This document shows positions 38,323-49,522 of a stretch of 64,000 nucleotides of DNA, piece after piece. Under the pieces are notes generated by a model. It searched no databases. It saw only the letters and a list, made by a program, of their open reading frames with translations, and was not told the origin of the DNA. Both the position numbers and the translations under genes were made by a program. Where the stretch lies: the NCBI GenBank assembly GCA_963843575.1, contig CAWJKZ010000017.1, positions 260,734-324,733 on the forward strand, read 5' to 3'. The DNA comes from an uncultured Acidobacteriota bacterium (lineage in GTDB: Bacteria > Acidobacteriota > UBA6911). Within the stretch, counting starts at the first letter, position 1, and each line of letters begins with the position of its first letter.

Positions 38323-40904
38323 GGTTCCTTCCTTGATTCGGTTGTGAGCTGGATGGCCTGTTTGAACGCTGGTTCGGCCCGCAGGCTTTCGAACTCGGGG
38401 TCCCTTTCGAGGAACACCTTCGGGTACCCCTTCCGCACAGCGAGCATCAGCCAGGCGAGGGCTTCGCTTTTCCTGTGCGCAAGGCCGGCCACGACGGCGG
38501 CGTCGTGAAGCAGTTCCGGGTTCCCGGGGTTGGCGGCAAGCGCCTGCTGGATGTGCTTTTGCGCCTCGCCGACTCTGCCCGTCTTCGCCAGGGCTGCCGC
38601 GAGAAGCGAACGAACTTCGCCGGCCCCGGGGTTGAGCCGCAGTTCGCCCTCGCACAGCTCGATCGCCTTCGCGTAAGCCTGGGCAGCGCGCGGGGCCCGG
38701 CCCTTCGCCCACCTGCAGGCATCGCCGAGGTTCGCCCAGAGTTCGTAATTTTCCGGCGTCAACCGCAGCGCGGCTTCATACGCCTCCGCCGCGAGCTCGA
38801 ATCGGCCGCTGAAGTAGTTCAGGGTCCCGATGTTCGAATACGCCAGCGGCGTCGGCGACAGCGCCAGCGAGCGGTTGTACGCTTCAAGGGCCCGGGGAAG
38901 GTCGCCGTTGAGCTGGTAGGCCGCTCCGAGGTTCCCGAAAGCCCGGGCGTTGTCCGGGCAGAGTCCCGTGACGCGGACAAACATCCGGATCGCCGCCGGG
39001 TAATCGCCCGCGCCGAAGTGGTACCCCGCGAGCTTGCTGTACCCTCCCCAGTACGAGGGCTGCAGATCGATCGCGCGCCGGCAGGTCGCGACGGCTTCAC
39101 TCGTGTTCCCAAGCGCGTTCTGCGCGTCGGCAAGGCCGAGCAGCGCCGGGTAGCTGTTCGGTTGCTGCGCGAGCACCCGCTCGAAAATGCGGGCGGCTTC
39201 CCGAGCCTCGCCGGTGAGGACCTGAAGCTCGCCGAGCGTGATGTCCACGTCGGGGTTGTCGGGATTGAGCTGCTGGGCGCGGCGGCAGGCGGCGATCGCT
39301 TCCTCGGCAGACTTGCGGTCGCGGGTCAAACGGAACCGGGTCAGGTAGGCGCGGGCGAGGGCAGCCTGGACGATGGGAACGTCGGGCCTTTCCGCCGCCA
39401 GCGCCGCGAGTTCCCTGATCCCCTCCTGGACGGATGCTTCGCGGTCGTACCGCTGCAGCCGCCCGATGGCCGTGACATACCGCGCCTGCTCCGCGGCGGT
39501 CTCGAGACCCTTCCACTGAACCGCCGCTGGCCCGTGCCCGACCTTGAGGGCGCCAATCACGTCGTCTACGAGCCGATCCTGCATGCCGAAGAGATCCGAG
39601 GCGGCCCCGTCTATCGTTTTGCCCGCCAGGCGAGTCCGCTGCCCCGAGTTCCAGACCGTGAAGGTGATTCGTATCCGCTCCCCGGTCTGCTGCACCGAAC
39701 CTTGCAGCAGAAGGCTGGCGCCGGCCTTGCCCGCGGCCTGGAACGGCTCGTTGTTTTTGTCGGCGGCGGCGATCGCTTCGGCCGGGGTAACAACCTGGAG
39801 CCCCGGCACCTGCGCCAGGCGCGACGAGAGCGTCTCGACCATCCCGTCGCCCATCAGCTGGCCGGTGGGGGTGCCGCTCAGGTCCTTGAACGGCAGGATC
39901 ATGACGATCTTGGCTGCCGGGATGGCGGCCGCCGCGGGACGGGCGCGCGTCCACCACGAGACGAGGACGGCGAGAACCGCAACGAGCACCGCGGCCGCAA
40001 GGGCCATTCCTGCCACGCGCCACCTGGCTCCGCGGTTCGCCGGGCCGGAGCCGCCGGCGCTCAGGGCGGCGGCTATTGTGCCCTTCAGCTCGGAAACCGA
40101 GGCGGCCCGGGTCCCTGCGTCCTTTTCGAAACAGCGGCGCAGCATGTCCTTTATGACGGGGGGGACGTGCCGAGGCAGCGCATCCCATTCCGGCTCACCG
40201 ACGAGGATTGCGGCAATTCGGTCCGAAAGGGTCGCCCCGGGGAAGGCGCGCCGGCCGGACAGCATTTCGAAGAGCACGCATCCGAATGCCCAGACATCCG
40301 TGCGGTTGTCGCTCGACTGCCCGCGCGCCTGCTCCGGGCTCATGTATCCGAAAGTGCCAACGACGGTGCCGGGGGCCGTCGCGTCCGCCGAAAAAGTGGC
40401 GGAGCCAGGCGGTTCCGACAGGAGTTCGAAGTCTTTTGCGAGCCCGAAATCCAGGATCTTGACCATCCCCCCGGGAGTGATCATGACGTTGGCCGGCTTG
40501 AGGTCCCGGTGCACGATGCCGCGGCTGTGCGCCGCCTCGAGCGCCCCTGCAATCTGCAGCGCGTATTCGAGCGCCCGGCGGACGGGCAGCGGGCCGCCGG
40601 CCAGCCTCTCCATCAGGGTCTCGCCGGGGACGAGTTCCAGAACCATGAAGCGGTAATTACCGGATTCCTGCACGTCATAGATGGACGCGATGTTCGGGTG
40701 ATTCAGCGAGGCCAGGAGCCGTGCTTCTTTGTCGAGGCGCGCCAGGCGGCTCGGATCCGTGAGCAGCGCCTGGGGCAGGACCTTCACGGCCACCTCGCGG
40801 CCGAGCCGGGGATCGGCGGCGCGATACACCTCTCCCATGCCGCCCGCGCCGAGCGGACCGATGATTTCGTAAGCCCCGAGCCGAGTTCCCGGAACAAGAC
40901 CCAT
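38319..40904 (-). CDS. Ser/Thr protein kinase with TM, TolB-N/FlgO-like and TPR domains
   Basis: GAGGMGEVY, VAVK, HRDLKPAN, DFGLAK, GTFGYMSPEQ; TM helix; ILPFKDLSG; many TPRs. Confidence 0.95.
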   Translation of the reverse strand: MGLVPGTRLGAYEIIGPLGAGGMGEVYRAADPRLGREVAVKVLPQALLTDPSRLARLDKEARLLASLNHPNIASIYDVQESGNYRFMVLELVPGETLMERLAGGPLPVRRALEYALQIAGALEAAHSRGIVHRDLKPANVMITPGGMVKILDFGLAKDFELLSEPPGSATFSADATAPGTVVGTFGYMSPEQARGQSSDNRTDVWAFGCVLFEMLSGRRAFPGATLSDRIAAILVGEPEWDALPRHVPPVIKDMLRRCFEKDAGTRAASVSELKGTIAAALSAGGSGPANRGARWRVAGMALAAAVLVAVLAVLVSWWTRARPAAAAIPAAKIVMILPFKDLSGTPTGQLMGDGMVETLSSRLAQVPGLQVVTPAEAIAAADKNNEPFQAAGKAGASLLLQGSVQQTGERIRITFTVWNSGQRTRLAGKTIDGAASDLFGMQDRLVDDVIGALKVGHGPAAVQWKGLETAAEQARYVTAIGRLQRYDREASVQEGIRELAALAAERPDVPIVQAALARAYLTRFRLTRDRKSAEEAIAACRRAQQLNPDNPDVDITLGELQVLTGEAREAARIFERVLAQQPNSYPALLGLADAQNALGNTSEAVATCRRAIDLQPSYWGGYSKLAGYHFGAGDYPAAIRMFVRVTGLCPDNARAFGNLGAAYQLNGDLPRALEAYNRSLALSPTPLAYSNIGTLNYFSGRFELAAEAYEAALRLTPENYELWANLGDACRWAKGRAPRAAQAYAKAIELCEGELRLNPGAGEVRSLLAAALAKTGRVGEAQKHIQQALAANPGNPELLHDAAVVAGLAHRKSEALAWLMLAVRKGYPKVFLERDPEFESLRAEPAFKQAIQLTTESRKEP

Positions 40905-41026
40905 AAGGGCGGCGCCAGCATTCCCTTGGCTGAGACAATTTGTGGACGAGCCAATCACACCTGATCTTGCTCCAAATAGTACAACGTACGGGGTCAACTT
41001 CAAGTCTTCGTGACTCGTCCTGTTAA

Positions 41027-41084
41027 GCGGATTTCACGGATCGGCCGCGTGCATCCGCGAAATCCGCATCCAGAGACGTCAGCG
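41027..41084. repeat. Dispersed palindromic repeat family, internally deleted copy
   Basis: ggatcggccgcgtgcatccgcgaaatccgcatccagagacgtcagcg aligns with 34799-34864. Confidence 0.65.
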
Positions 41085-41129
41085 TATTTCTGTACCAGGG
41101 CACTAACGGGGCGGGGGGGCAGGAAGCGG

Positions 41130-41166
41130 TCCGGCCGCTCCAGTCCTGAGGGCTAGAGCGGCCGGA
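41130..41166 (-). terminator. Hairpin downstream of the DUF1080 gene (possible terminator)
   Basis: tccggccgctc/gagcggccgga 11-bp stem, no strong U-tract. Confidence 0.35.
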
Positions 41167-41213
41167 GAGGATGACCGGGAAACCTCTCCCGGATATTCAA
41201 ATCAACTGCGGGG

Positions 41214-42203
41214 TTACTTCTTCACCAGGGGGGTCAGCACCATGTTCCGGAACTCCACCCGGCCATGGTCTCCCTGCAGGATGAAGGGACCCGGTTCGGC
41301 TTCGTTGGGATCGAAGGTGATCGCGCTGGGGCCTTCGAGCTCGCCTTTGACAACCGTCTTGCCGTTGAGCGTGATGGTTACGTCACGTCCCACCAGGCGG
41401 ATCTCGTAGGTCTGCCAGTTGTCGGGTCCCGTGTACGCGTTCTCGGTGGGTATGATCCTCGTGTAGGCCGCCCCCGAACCATGGAGGTTGGGCTCCCTGC
41501 CAAGATCGTCCACGATCTGGACCTCGTACCGCCCCCTCAAGCCGATTCCGCTGTTGCTCCCCTTGGGGATCCGGTACTCGAGGTGGAGCTTGTAGTTCCA
41601 GAACTTCCCGGTGGAAACCAGATCGCTTCCCTTGCCGTTGGACACGAGAAGCCCGTTCTCGGCGGACCAGCCGGCCTCACCGCCGGGCACAATGCCACGC
41701 CACCCGGTAAGGTCCTTGCCGTTGAACAGGGTGACCGGCTTGCCCTCGCGCCAGCTGCCGTCGTCCTTATCTTTGATGACGGGAGCGCGGACGCCCGTCC
41801 ACTTGATGGGAGGCTCCTTCTGCCCCTCTACTTCGTAAGTACCTTCGAGTTTGCCGTTTGCGAGCCGGGCCTTGTAGACCAGGTGCTGCGGCTGGACCTG
41901 AACGTTCGCGCGCGCTCGTGGCGCGGGGCGAAACCCGAACACGATCTCGTTGCCGTTGATGGACACCTCTTCGGTCTTGTTGAGGTCCCCGGAGAAAGCA
42001 CTGATGAACTCCACCTTGGGGTGATCCGTTTCGGCGCCTTCGACCTTCAACCACCAGGCGCGCGGACGGTGACTCCCAGGTTCGTTGACTTCCTTAATAG
42101 TTTGTTCGTGGATTGTAATATCCCACCGCCCGTTGAACTGGGCATTGGCACAGAACGCGGGCGCACACGCTAAAGCCAGGACTGCAAATGTCTTTATTTT
42201 CAT
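41214..42203 (-). CDS. DUF1080 / 3-keto-disaccharide hydrolase family, secreted
   Basis: LFNGKDLTGW, NSGIGLRGRYEVQI, WQTYEI, LQGDHG.VEFRN. Confidence 0.9.
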   Translation of the reverse strand: MKIKTFAVLALACAPAFCANAQFNGRWDITIHEQTIKEVNEPGSHRPRAWWLKVEGAETDHPKVEFISAFSGDLNKTEEVSINGNEIVFGFRPAPRARANVQVQPQHLVYKARLANGKLEGTYEVEGQKEPPIKWTGVRAPVIKDKDDGSWREGKPVTLFNGKDLTGWRGIVPGGEAGWSAENGLLVSNGKGSDLVSTGKFWNYKLHLEYRIPKGSNSGIGLRGRYEVQIVDDLGREPNLHGSGAAYTRIIPTENAYTGPDNWQTYEIRLVGRDVTITLNGKTVVKGELEGPSAITFDPNEAEPGPFILQGDHGRVEFRNMVLTPLVKK

Positions 42204-42320
42204 AGCCAGCAATTTTGCCACCATCTACCTGAAATGAGGATGTTTTTTTTGCAGTTGTGTCTCCACCGGCACGCGAACCCGCCATCTCGCGGCCCTGGAT
42301 TGCCCACCAGGCCGCAATCG

Positions 42321-42803
42321 TCACTTGGCCGGTGGCACTGCAGATGAGAGACTTGTTCTGGAATACATGCCCACCGGATGACCGGCGGGATCGAGGATCA
42401 GGGCAACGGCGCCGGCGCCGTCCGGCAGGTCAAAGGGAAACCCCGCCACGACTGTCCCCCCCAGCTCCTTCGACTTTTTGCAGCTTGCCCGGATGTCGAT
42501 CACCTGAACGTAGACCACCCCGTTGAACGCGCTGATCTTGCCCTCCGCAACCCGCAGCGTTCCGACCGCCGCGTCACCTGAGACAATCTCCACCGCCTGA
42601 TCGGTTCCTGCCAGCGGGGCGAATTTCCAGTCGAAGAGCTTCCCGTAGAACTCCTTGGATTGCGGCAGATTGGACGTGGTGATGTCGAACCAGGCGATGC
42701 GGCCGGGGCCGACATCCGGCGGGGGCGACTTGGCGGGGCCGGAATGAAGCTGTCCGGTCACGAGAGTCAGGGCCACGATCATCGCCAGAATCGCGTTTCT
42801 CAT
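42321..42803 (-). CDS. VOC (glyoxalase/bleomycin resistance) family protein with signal peptide
   Basis: IAWFDI, KEFYGKLFDW, GGTVV, DPAGHPVG; GAGGAG RBS. Confidence 0.85.
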   Translation of the reverse strand: MRNAILAMIVALTLVTGQLHSGPAKSPPPDVGPGRIAWFDITTSNLPQSKEFYGKLFDWKFAPLAGTDQAVEIVSGDAAVGTLRVAEGKISAFNGVVYVQVIDIRASCKKSKELGGTVVAGFPFDLPDGAGAVALILDPAGHPVGMYSRTSLSSAVPPAK

Positions 42804-43165
42804 CGGTGTTCTCCTCACTCCAATCATAATTGGACAGAACTATCCAGCTCCAGAGACACTGCCTGGCCGGTCAGCGTGAGCCGTGCTTCCCTGCCCGCAG
42901 TCATGAGGTCCAACCGCGGCAGGTAGAAACACTGATCACCACCCAATTGGGACATTCCGAACGTGAAACGGCGCTGTGGTCGGTAACCGAATGCGGTGAC
43001 CCCCTCGGGGTCGCTATCGTCGGGGAGCAGCACCGCGCGAGGCGCGAGGCTGACCGGCCACGAGCAGGAACCGCAGAGGAACTCCCCGGCGGTCAGGGGC
43101 GTCGTTCGTTGCCGGCGCCTGTTTTTCCCCTTGTGCCGGCAGATGGATTGGCCTAATAGAACAGT

Positions 43166-44681
43166 ATGCGAAAATTCGGCGCCAACTCAACGCTTTCGGC
43201 GAGCAGAGTTGCGGGATTTATTCTTATCGCGCCGCTGCTGCTGTCTCAGTCGCCTGTAGCACCACTCATGAGCGTCGTCGATCTGAACGCGGGGCAACCC
43301 GAGGAGGTGAAGCTGCATAACGGCGCCAGCGCGCGGGTCGAGTTGCTGGAACGCACGGAGATCTGCGACAACGTGCGCGGCGCCGTGCGGAACGCCCGCG
43401 CTCGAGTGAAGGTGAACGGGCGGGAAGTCCGACTCGACTGCGGCAACTACAACTTGCCGGTTGCCGTCGCGGGCGTCCAGGTCGACTGCGCGGTGACAAA
43501 GGGGTTCCTCGGCAACTCGCGCGACAACCCGTGGGGTCTTGCCAAGGACGCGAGGCTGCGACTGTGGCCTGCGGGTTCCGCGTTCATGGCTTCAGGCACT
43601 TATGTCTATCCGGTGAAGCAACGATGGTTCGCTACGACTACACAGATGGCGAACCAGCCGTCTTTCGTGGACGGCTCGGAGACGCCGTGGGGCCGGAGGA
43701 TTTACTATCACTACGGTCTCGACACCGGGGGCGCGGAAGGACTGACCGAGGTCGTGTCGGCGACCAGGGGGCTGGTGGTGGTCCGCGGCCAGAGTGCCAT
43801 GCCGGGGTACGAGAAGAATCCCTGCACCGAAGTAAGCTACGACGGCGTGATCGTCCTGGACGAACGCGGCTGGTATCACTGGTACTTCCACCTGTTCTCC
43901 ATCGACCCGGGCGTGAAACTCGGCGAGGCAGTCGCCACCGGCCAGCGCATAGGGCTTGTCGGCAAGGAAGGCAGCGCGGGCTGCTGGTCTCACCTTCATT
44001 ATGAGATTCGCGGGCCTCAGCCTTCCGGGAAGGCAGGCATCGTGGAGGGCTATGCCTTCCTCTGGGAAGCGTACCAGAGGCAATACGGGCCGGATGTCGT
44101 CGCGGTGGCTCGTCCCCACTCCTACGCCTGGGTGGGTGAAACAGTCACCTTGGATGGAACGCGCTCCTGGAGCCGCTCGGGACGGATCGTCCGGTACGAG
44201 TGGACTTTTGGCGACGGCTCGAAGGCGGGCGGCCCGACCGTAAGCCGCATGTACGGGAAGCCCGGGACGTACAGCGAGATTCTCAAGGTTACGGACAGAC
44301 CGCGGCCACAGCGCCTACGATTTCGCCGTCGTTCAGATTGCAGGCAAGCAGGTCTCCGAACAACAGGACGAGGCAAGCCTGGCTCCTACCATTCATGCCT
44401 CGTACTGGCCGACACTCGATGTGCTCGCCGGGCAGCCCGTCACCTTTCTGGTCCGCACGTGCCGGACGACACACGGCCAGGAGACCTGGGACTTTGGCGA
44501 CGGCTCCGAGCCGGTGACGGTGAAATCGGACGGATGTACGAACGAGAAAGCCAAGGAAGGCTACGCCCGCACGCAGCATGTTTTCCGGCAACCCGGCGAC
44601 TATCTCGTGAAAGTGGAGCGTGCGAACGAACGCGGCGAGAAGGCGACCGCCCACCTGTGGGTTCCCGTGCGCAAGTCCTGA
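43166..44681 (+). CDS. M23 peptidase-like plus two PKD domains, secreted (frameshift near 44300)
   Basis: HYGLD and SHLHYE M23 motifs; WTFGDG and WDFGDG PKD motifs, the second PKD in a shifted frame ending at 44681. Confidence 0.8.
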
Positions 44682-45200
44682 AGGAAGTGGCCCAGGGACT
44701 TCCGCCCTCCCCTGCCGAGATGCCGGTTCCCGGCGATGCGCTGCAGAGGCGCTCGATTACCTGAAAACCGGCGCGCTCGCCTCGGTCCCCCTGTTCCTCC
44801 GGCTTCTCCCCCGGGTGCGCGGTGTCAGCCCTCCTCGTATCCCCACTTGGCCGGATCCGCATGACCCGTGTAGTTGAATTCATCCGACCAGACCAGTTTC
44901 CAGCCGGGAATCTCGGGAGCCTGCGCACAGGCCAACTTCGTTCCGAACAGCGATAGGAATACAACCGCAAGGAGTCGGGGCATCAGGTTCCCTTTCTGCG
45001 GCTTTTCTTGCGAACTTCACTGTATTGCTGCCTCCCGGAGGGCGTCAATCGAAATGAAACTAAAGCACCGGTTCCGCCAGAAGTTTTTCTCACAGACAAC
45101 TGCGATTCCGCGAGAAGTCCGGGGACAGGGGACGTATGATGGCAGACAACTTCCGTCGACAAGCTCTCACCGTCATCTGCCTTGCAAGGAGGCGAATCCG

Positions 45201-46691
45201 ATGAAACGGACCATCTCGGCAATTGCAGTCCTCGGTCTTCTGATTCAGATGTCAGGCTGCAGCACCAGGAATGTGCGACGCGTCGGCGCTCCGGACGTGC
45301 AGAATCCGGCATTGGAGAAGATTATCGGCATCACGACCAAAGGGGGCGAGGATGTCAGCTTCCAGCCACCGGGAGCAACCGTCCGGAATGGCAAGCTCGA
45401 GGCGATGGTAAGAAACAAACCCTACGAGATTTCCGTCGACCAGATAGAACGTTATTGGATCGAGCGGCGGGAACACTCCACGGCCCGCACCGTCGGCCTG
45501 GTCGCGGCCATCGCCGTCGGGTCACTCGCCCTGATCGCGGGTATTGTGGCGGCCACAAAGGAATCCTGCCCATTTATCTACTCGTGGGACGGACGACAAT
45601 ACGTCTTCGACGCCGAGCCATACGGTGGTGCCATCACACGCGGCCTGGAACGGGACGACTACTCGGAACTCGAACGCCTGGTGCCGGACAAGGGGCTCTA
45701 TCGTCTCATGATCGGCAACGAGGTGGAGGAAACGCAGTACACCAACCTCATGGAGCTTGTCGTCGCCGATCACAGTGCCGGCCGCGTTGCGATGGACGAT
45801 GCGGGCAAACTACACACCCTGGCGTCGATGCAAGAGCCGGACACCGCGGTCGACGAAACCGGGCGCGACTTGCTTCCTTGGCTCGAAAAGACGGACAAGC
45901 ACATATGGGAAGCGGAACCCGAAAAGGATCCGGCCGCACGTGTGAGGCAAGAGATACGCCTCACGTTCCCCAAGCCCCCGTCGGCGGCAAGGGCGAAGCT
46001 GGTTGTCAATGCCGCGACGTCTTTGTGGGGCTCCTACATGATCAAGGCGCTCTCAGAACTCCGCGGGAGCGACATCAATGCCTGGTACTCCGCGATGGAC
46101 AACAATCCGACGGACCGTTCCGCGCTGCGGGCCTGGAACGAGCGTGAGGAACTCTTCATTCTGAAAATTGATGTCGAGGAACCGGAAGGCTGGGTGCAGC
46201 GCGGGTTGCTGCTCGGGGGCGGTCCTTTCGTGCTGGAGGACCGCGTCGTCGATCTTGATGTCGGCCGTGCCCAAGGAAGTCAGCTCAACGTACGGATGAG
46301 GCCGCCAAAAGGATTTTGGGCCTTCAATTCATTCGCAGTGGACTACACACCGGACCAGCCGGTCGAACTCCAGGTTCTCGGTCCCGTTGAGTGTCGCGAC
46401 TCCGGTGGCCGGGATCGACTGCCGCAAATCGCCGCTGCCGACGCTTCGTACTATGAGATGCCGAACATCGGAGATCGGGGCTACCTGAGTTTCACTGCCC
46501 AGCCAGGCAAGCCGGGCTTGAAACGGACCGTGTTTCTCCACACCCGCGGGTATTACCGGATCCACTTGAACGGGACAGGACCTTCGGACAATGGAATGCT
46601 GACCCGAATTACCGCCATTCCGGACGCGGCGGCGCGTTTTTCCGGGTTGCGTTTCGCGGCCTGGCAGACGGAACAGCAGGGCCGGCATTAA
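45201..46691 (+). CDS. Hypothetical lipoprotein with an SCPFIYSWDG domain
   Basis: ATG after AAGGAGG; lipobox MSGC; internal TM; SCPFIYSWDG...GYY domain as seen in ASPIC/UnbV-associated proteins. Confidence 0.75.
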   Translation: MKRTISAIAVLGLLIQMSGCSTRNVRRVGAPDVQNPALEKIIGITTKGGEDVSFQPPGATVRNGKLEAMVRNKPYEISVDQIERYWIERREHSTARTVGLVAAIAVGSLALIAGIVAATKESCPFIYSWDGRQYVFDAEPYGGAITRGLERDDYSELERLVPDKGLYRLMIGNEVEETQYTNLMELVVADHSAGRVAMDDAGKLHTLASMQEPDTAVDETGRDLLPWLEKTDKHIWEAEPEKDPAARVRQEIRLTFPKPPSAARAKLVVNAATSLWGSYMIKALSELRGSDINAWYSAMDNNPTDRSALRAWNEREELFILKIDVEEPEGWVQRGLLLGGGPFVLEDRVVDLDVGRAQGSQLNVRMRPPKGFWAFNSFAVDYTPDQPVELQVLGPVECRDSGGRDRLPQIAAADASYYEMPNIGDRGYLSFTAQPGKPGLKRTVFLHTRGYYRIHLNGTGPSDNGMLTRITAIPDAAARFSGLRFAAWQTEQQGRH

Positions 46692-46721
46692 CCCGCGCCG
46701 GGACTCTGAACATGAGGGCCT

Positions 46722-48011
46722 ATGAAGTCAGGCTCACAAGATTCGACGCCGGCCTTCCAGATCCACAGCGGCTGGCGCCTGCGCTTCCGTCAAGCGGCCT
46801 TCGCCCTGTCCGCGGCCCGGTATCTTCGGAAGAGCAAGTACCCGCTGTTCACCGTCAGGGGAGCCGTCTCCACCTACAGGATCGGGCGGGCACTGAAGCT
46901 CCACAAGCTGGTGCAGCTCAATGGAGGTTTCTTCACGACGCCGGTCCTTCCGCACTATCCATCCTCGGCTTTTGATCACATGGTCGCGGGGGGCGGCTTG
47001 AACATCAGTGCGGCCGGAACGCCCCTGAAGTCACAGATCAGTATGATCCTCCTGGGCTTCACGCGGAAATGCAGCCTCCACTGCCGCCATTGCTACGAAC
47101 GTTTCAACATCGGTTCCGAAGACCTCGTTCCTCTCAGTCGCTGGAAAGAGGTCATCCGCGAAATCCAGGGCGTGGGTGCGGGGGTCATCGTGTTTTCGGG
47201 CGGCGAGCCGATGCAACGGTATGAGGAACTGCTGGAGGCCCTGGAATCCGGAAATAAGGACCTCTCGGATTTCCACCTCCACACTTCCGGCCAGGGTGTC
47301 ACTCCCGAGCGTGCAAGGGAGCTGCGTAAGGCCGGACTGACCGCGGCGGCAGTCGGCCTGGATGACGTCGATGCAGGCCGTCACGATGCGCTGCGCGGTT
47401 TTCAGGGATCACATCGACAGGCAGTTCGTGCGCTACGGGACCTCCACGCCGCTGGTGTCTTCACTTACACCAACATGTGCCTGACCAAAGAAATCATCAG
47501 GAAGGGGGATCTCTGGTCCTATCTCGACCTCGTGAAGGATCTCAAAGCCGGCTTCATTGAAATGCTCGAGCCAAGGCCTTGCGGCGGATATTCCTCTGCT
47601 GGCGAAGACGTTCTGCTCACGGAGGACGAACGGAGGAAGGCGACGGAGTTCTTTGTCCAGGGCAACACCCGGAGGAGGTATCGGCACCACCCTCTTATCT
47701 ACTACGTCGCATACACGGAGGCTCCCGAACGGATGGGTTGCCAGATGGGAGGGCTCTCCCACATGACGATCGACAGCAGGGGGAACGTGAATCCGTGCGT
47801 GTTCCTGCCGGTGACGTTCGGGAACATCATGGACGAGGATTTCCGGGGCATCTATCAAAGGATGAGGGAACATATCCCACGCCCGATCCGCAAGGAGTGC
47901 CCGTCGATTTCGCTGGCTCAAGCGCTCGGAGCCAAGGCGAGCGAGTGCACTGGCTGGCCTGTACCCTTCGACGCAGTGCGGAACGAATGGGATGCAGTGA
48001 TGAAGGGCTAG
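46722..48011 (+). CDS. Radical SAM / SPASM-twitch protein
   Basis: CSLHCRHC (CxxxCxxC), SGGEP, HDALRG, GCQMGG...IDSRGNVNPC...FGNI. Confidence 0.9.
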   Translation: MKSGSQDSTPAFQIHSGWRLRFRQAAFALSAARYLRKSKYPLFTVRGAVSTYRIGRALKLHKLVQLNGGFFTTPVLPHYPSSAFDHMVAGGGLNISAAGTPLKSQISMILLGFTRKCSLHCRHCYERFNIGSEDLVPLSRWKEVIREIQGVGAGVIVFSGGEPMQRYEELLEALESGNKDLSDFHLHTSGQGVTPERARELRKAGLTAAAVGLDDVDAGRHDALRGFQGSHRQAVRALRDLHAAGVFTYTNMCLTKEIIRKGDLWSYLDLVKDLKAGFIEMLEPRPCGGYSSAGEDVLLTEDERRKATEFFVQGNTRRRYRHHPLIYYVAYTEAPERMGCQMGGLSHMTIDSRGNVNPCVFLPVTFGNIMDEDFRGIYQRMREHIPRPIRKECPSISLAQALGAKASECTGWPVPFDAVRNEWDAVMKG

Positions 48012-48149
48012 CCACGACTTGGAGGCAGCAGAAACAGTTGCTCTGGGCAGCAAGGACGATATGCCTGTGCCCAGTTCGATAACGTAAGGACCCCGTCGTC
48101 AGGATCAAAAGAAATCAGCTGAATTTGGGACGGACTCGTAGCGTTTCCT

Positions 48150-48872
48150 TCACTCGCCGACAACGGGAAGGACCGTGAGCAGTCCCTTCACCTGGGAAAG
48201 CGCCACGGCAATGAACGGCTCGCCCGACTGGCTGACGACCTGGATAGAGCCGTCGAAGAAATCCACATCATCTGGCGGGAGGGTCTCGTGTAGGAACCGG
48301 GCGCGCTGCTGCCCAGGCGCGAGGTCCACGGTGAGTGCTCCGCCGATCGGCACGCCCTCGGAGGAATAAGCCCTGACCGTGAGCGTGATCGGGGTCGTGC
48401 CCGGATTTGCGAGCGCATAACTCATGTATTCTTCCTCGGGGAGGCTTACGCGCGCCGGGATACTCGCGGATTGCATCGGACGCGCGCCAAGCACTGCGGC
48501 CGCTGCCTTGGGAACGCCCCGTTCCTGCAACAGAAAGGTCGCGACGCCGGTTACCTTCCCCCCCTCGCCGACGAATTTTCCCCACCCCGTTCGAAGGACG
48601 CCGCCGCCGGATGTGACCGAATTCGTCCCCCGGGCGGGAATTATCACCTGAGTTGGGATCAGCGGATTCCCTTGCGTGTCGTACAGTTGCAGGATACCGG
48701 TCGCGTCCGTCGTCCCGGTATTCATCAGGGTGAACGTCGTCGAATAACCGTTTCCTCTCGCGAAGTGGGCAAAGTAAATCTCACTCGGGTCCGTCGACTG
48801 TGCCGAAACCCGGATAGCGGACCACAAGACGAGCACGAGCAGTAGAGATGGTACGCGCCGCAGTGAATTCAA
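48150..48872 (-). CDS. Secreted protein with two Ig-like repeats (acidobacterial type)
   Basis: Signal peptide; YFAHFARGNGYSTTFTLMN...LYDTQGNP and a second repeat ALANPG...AYSSEGVP. Confidence 0.7.
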   Translation of the reverse strand: MNSLRRVPSLLLVLVLWSAIRVSAQSTDPSEIYFAHFARGNGYSTTFTLMNTGTTDATGILQLYDTQGNPLIPTQVIIPARGTNSVTSGGGVLRTGWGKFVGEGGKVTGVATFLLQERGVPKAAAAVLGARPMQSASIPARVSLPEEEYMSYALANPGTTPITLTVRAYSSEGVPIGGALTVDLAPGQQRARFLHETLPPDDVDFFDGSIQVVSQSGEPFIAVALSQVKGLLTVLPVVGE

Positions 48873-49522
48873 AGCCGTAGTCCTTTCTGAGTGTGGTTTA
48901 GGGCTGTGGAGGGTGCCTTATTTTACAGGACCGACCGTGAAAGCACCAGACGTGGAACGTAGGGGACTGGAATATCTGCACAACACCCGGGCATCGAGGC
49001 TTTCCCTGTCACCGAATCTCGCCGCGGACCGGGACTATAATTTTCGGGAATTCGGGATCGTTTGTCTCGATGATGATAGACCCCTCGATCGGACCAGTCT
49101 GAACCTTCTCCGCTATGAGCGAAACAGTGCTCTGATATCGATCGCCCTTCGGGGCGAGCTCCGACTTCTGAGCTCGCCGCATCGCCCTAAGGAGATTGCG
49201 GCGCTCCGCGAGGAACTCAACCGGAGCACCGTCACGTTACTCGGATCCCGCCTCCAGTCTCCGCTGAGCCGTCGAATCCGGTCGGGCGGGCTATCAGAGG
49301 ACAACAGGAGGTCTGGAATTGTGACCACCGTCACAAGTTTTGGGGCAATCTCGGATCTATGCTCATTTCGCGAGGGGATGTTCAGGCCGGGCAGCAGCCG
49401 TTCGGTCTGCCAACGGAATTTCTGCAGAATCAGTTCTTTACGCAAGGAAGGCTGCCTATTTTCTCCAGCAGCGAAGGCCTAAAACCCTGGGAAAACGGAG
49501 TGGATCGACGGGGAGCTTGGCA

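Noticed and set aside
11306-41084. Island as a prophage, ICE or composite transposon
   Set aside because: No integrase, transposase, tRNA att site or phage genes; the bracketing repeats also occur elsewhere (60868).
42824-43110. Short minus-strand ORF upstream of the VOC gene
   Set aside because: No RBS and no recognisable family; it may be a remnant but cannot be supported.
48913-49482. Overlapping ORFs between the secreted protein and PilZ genes
   Set aside because: Atypical composition and no motifs; likely intergenic.
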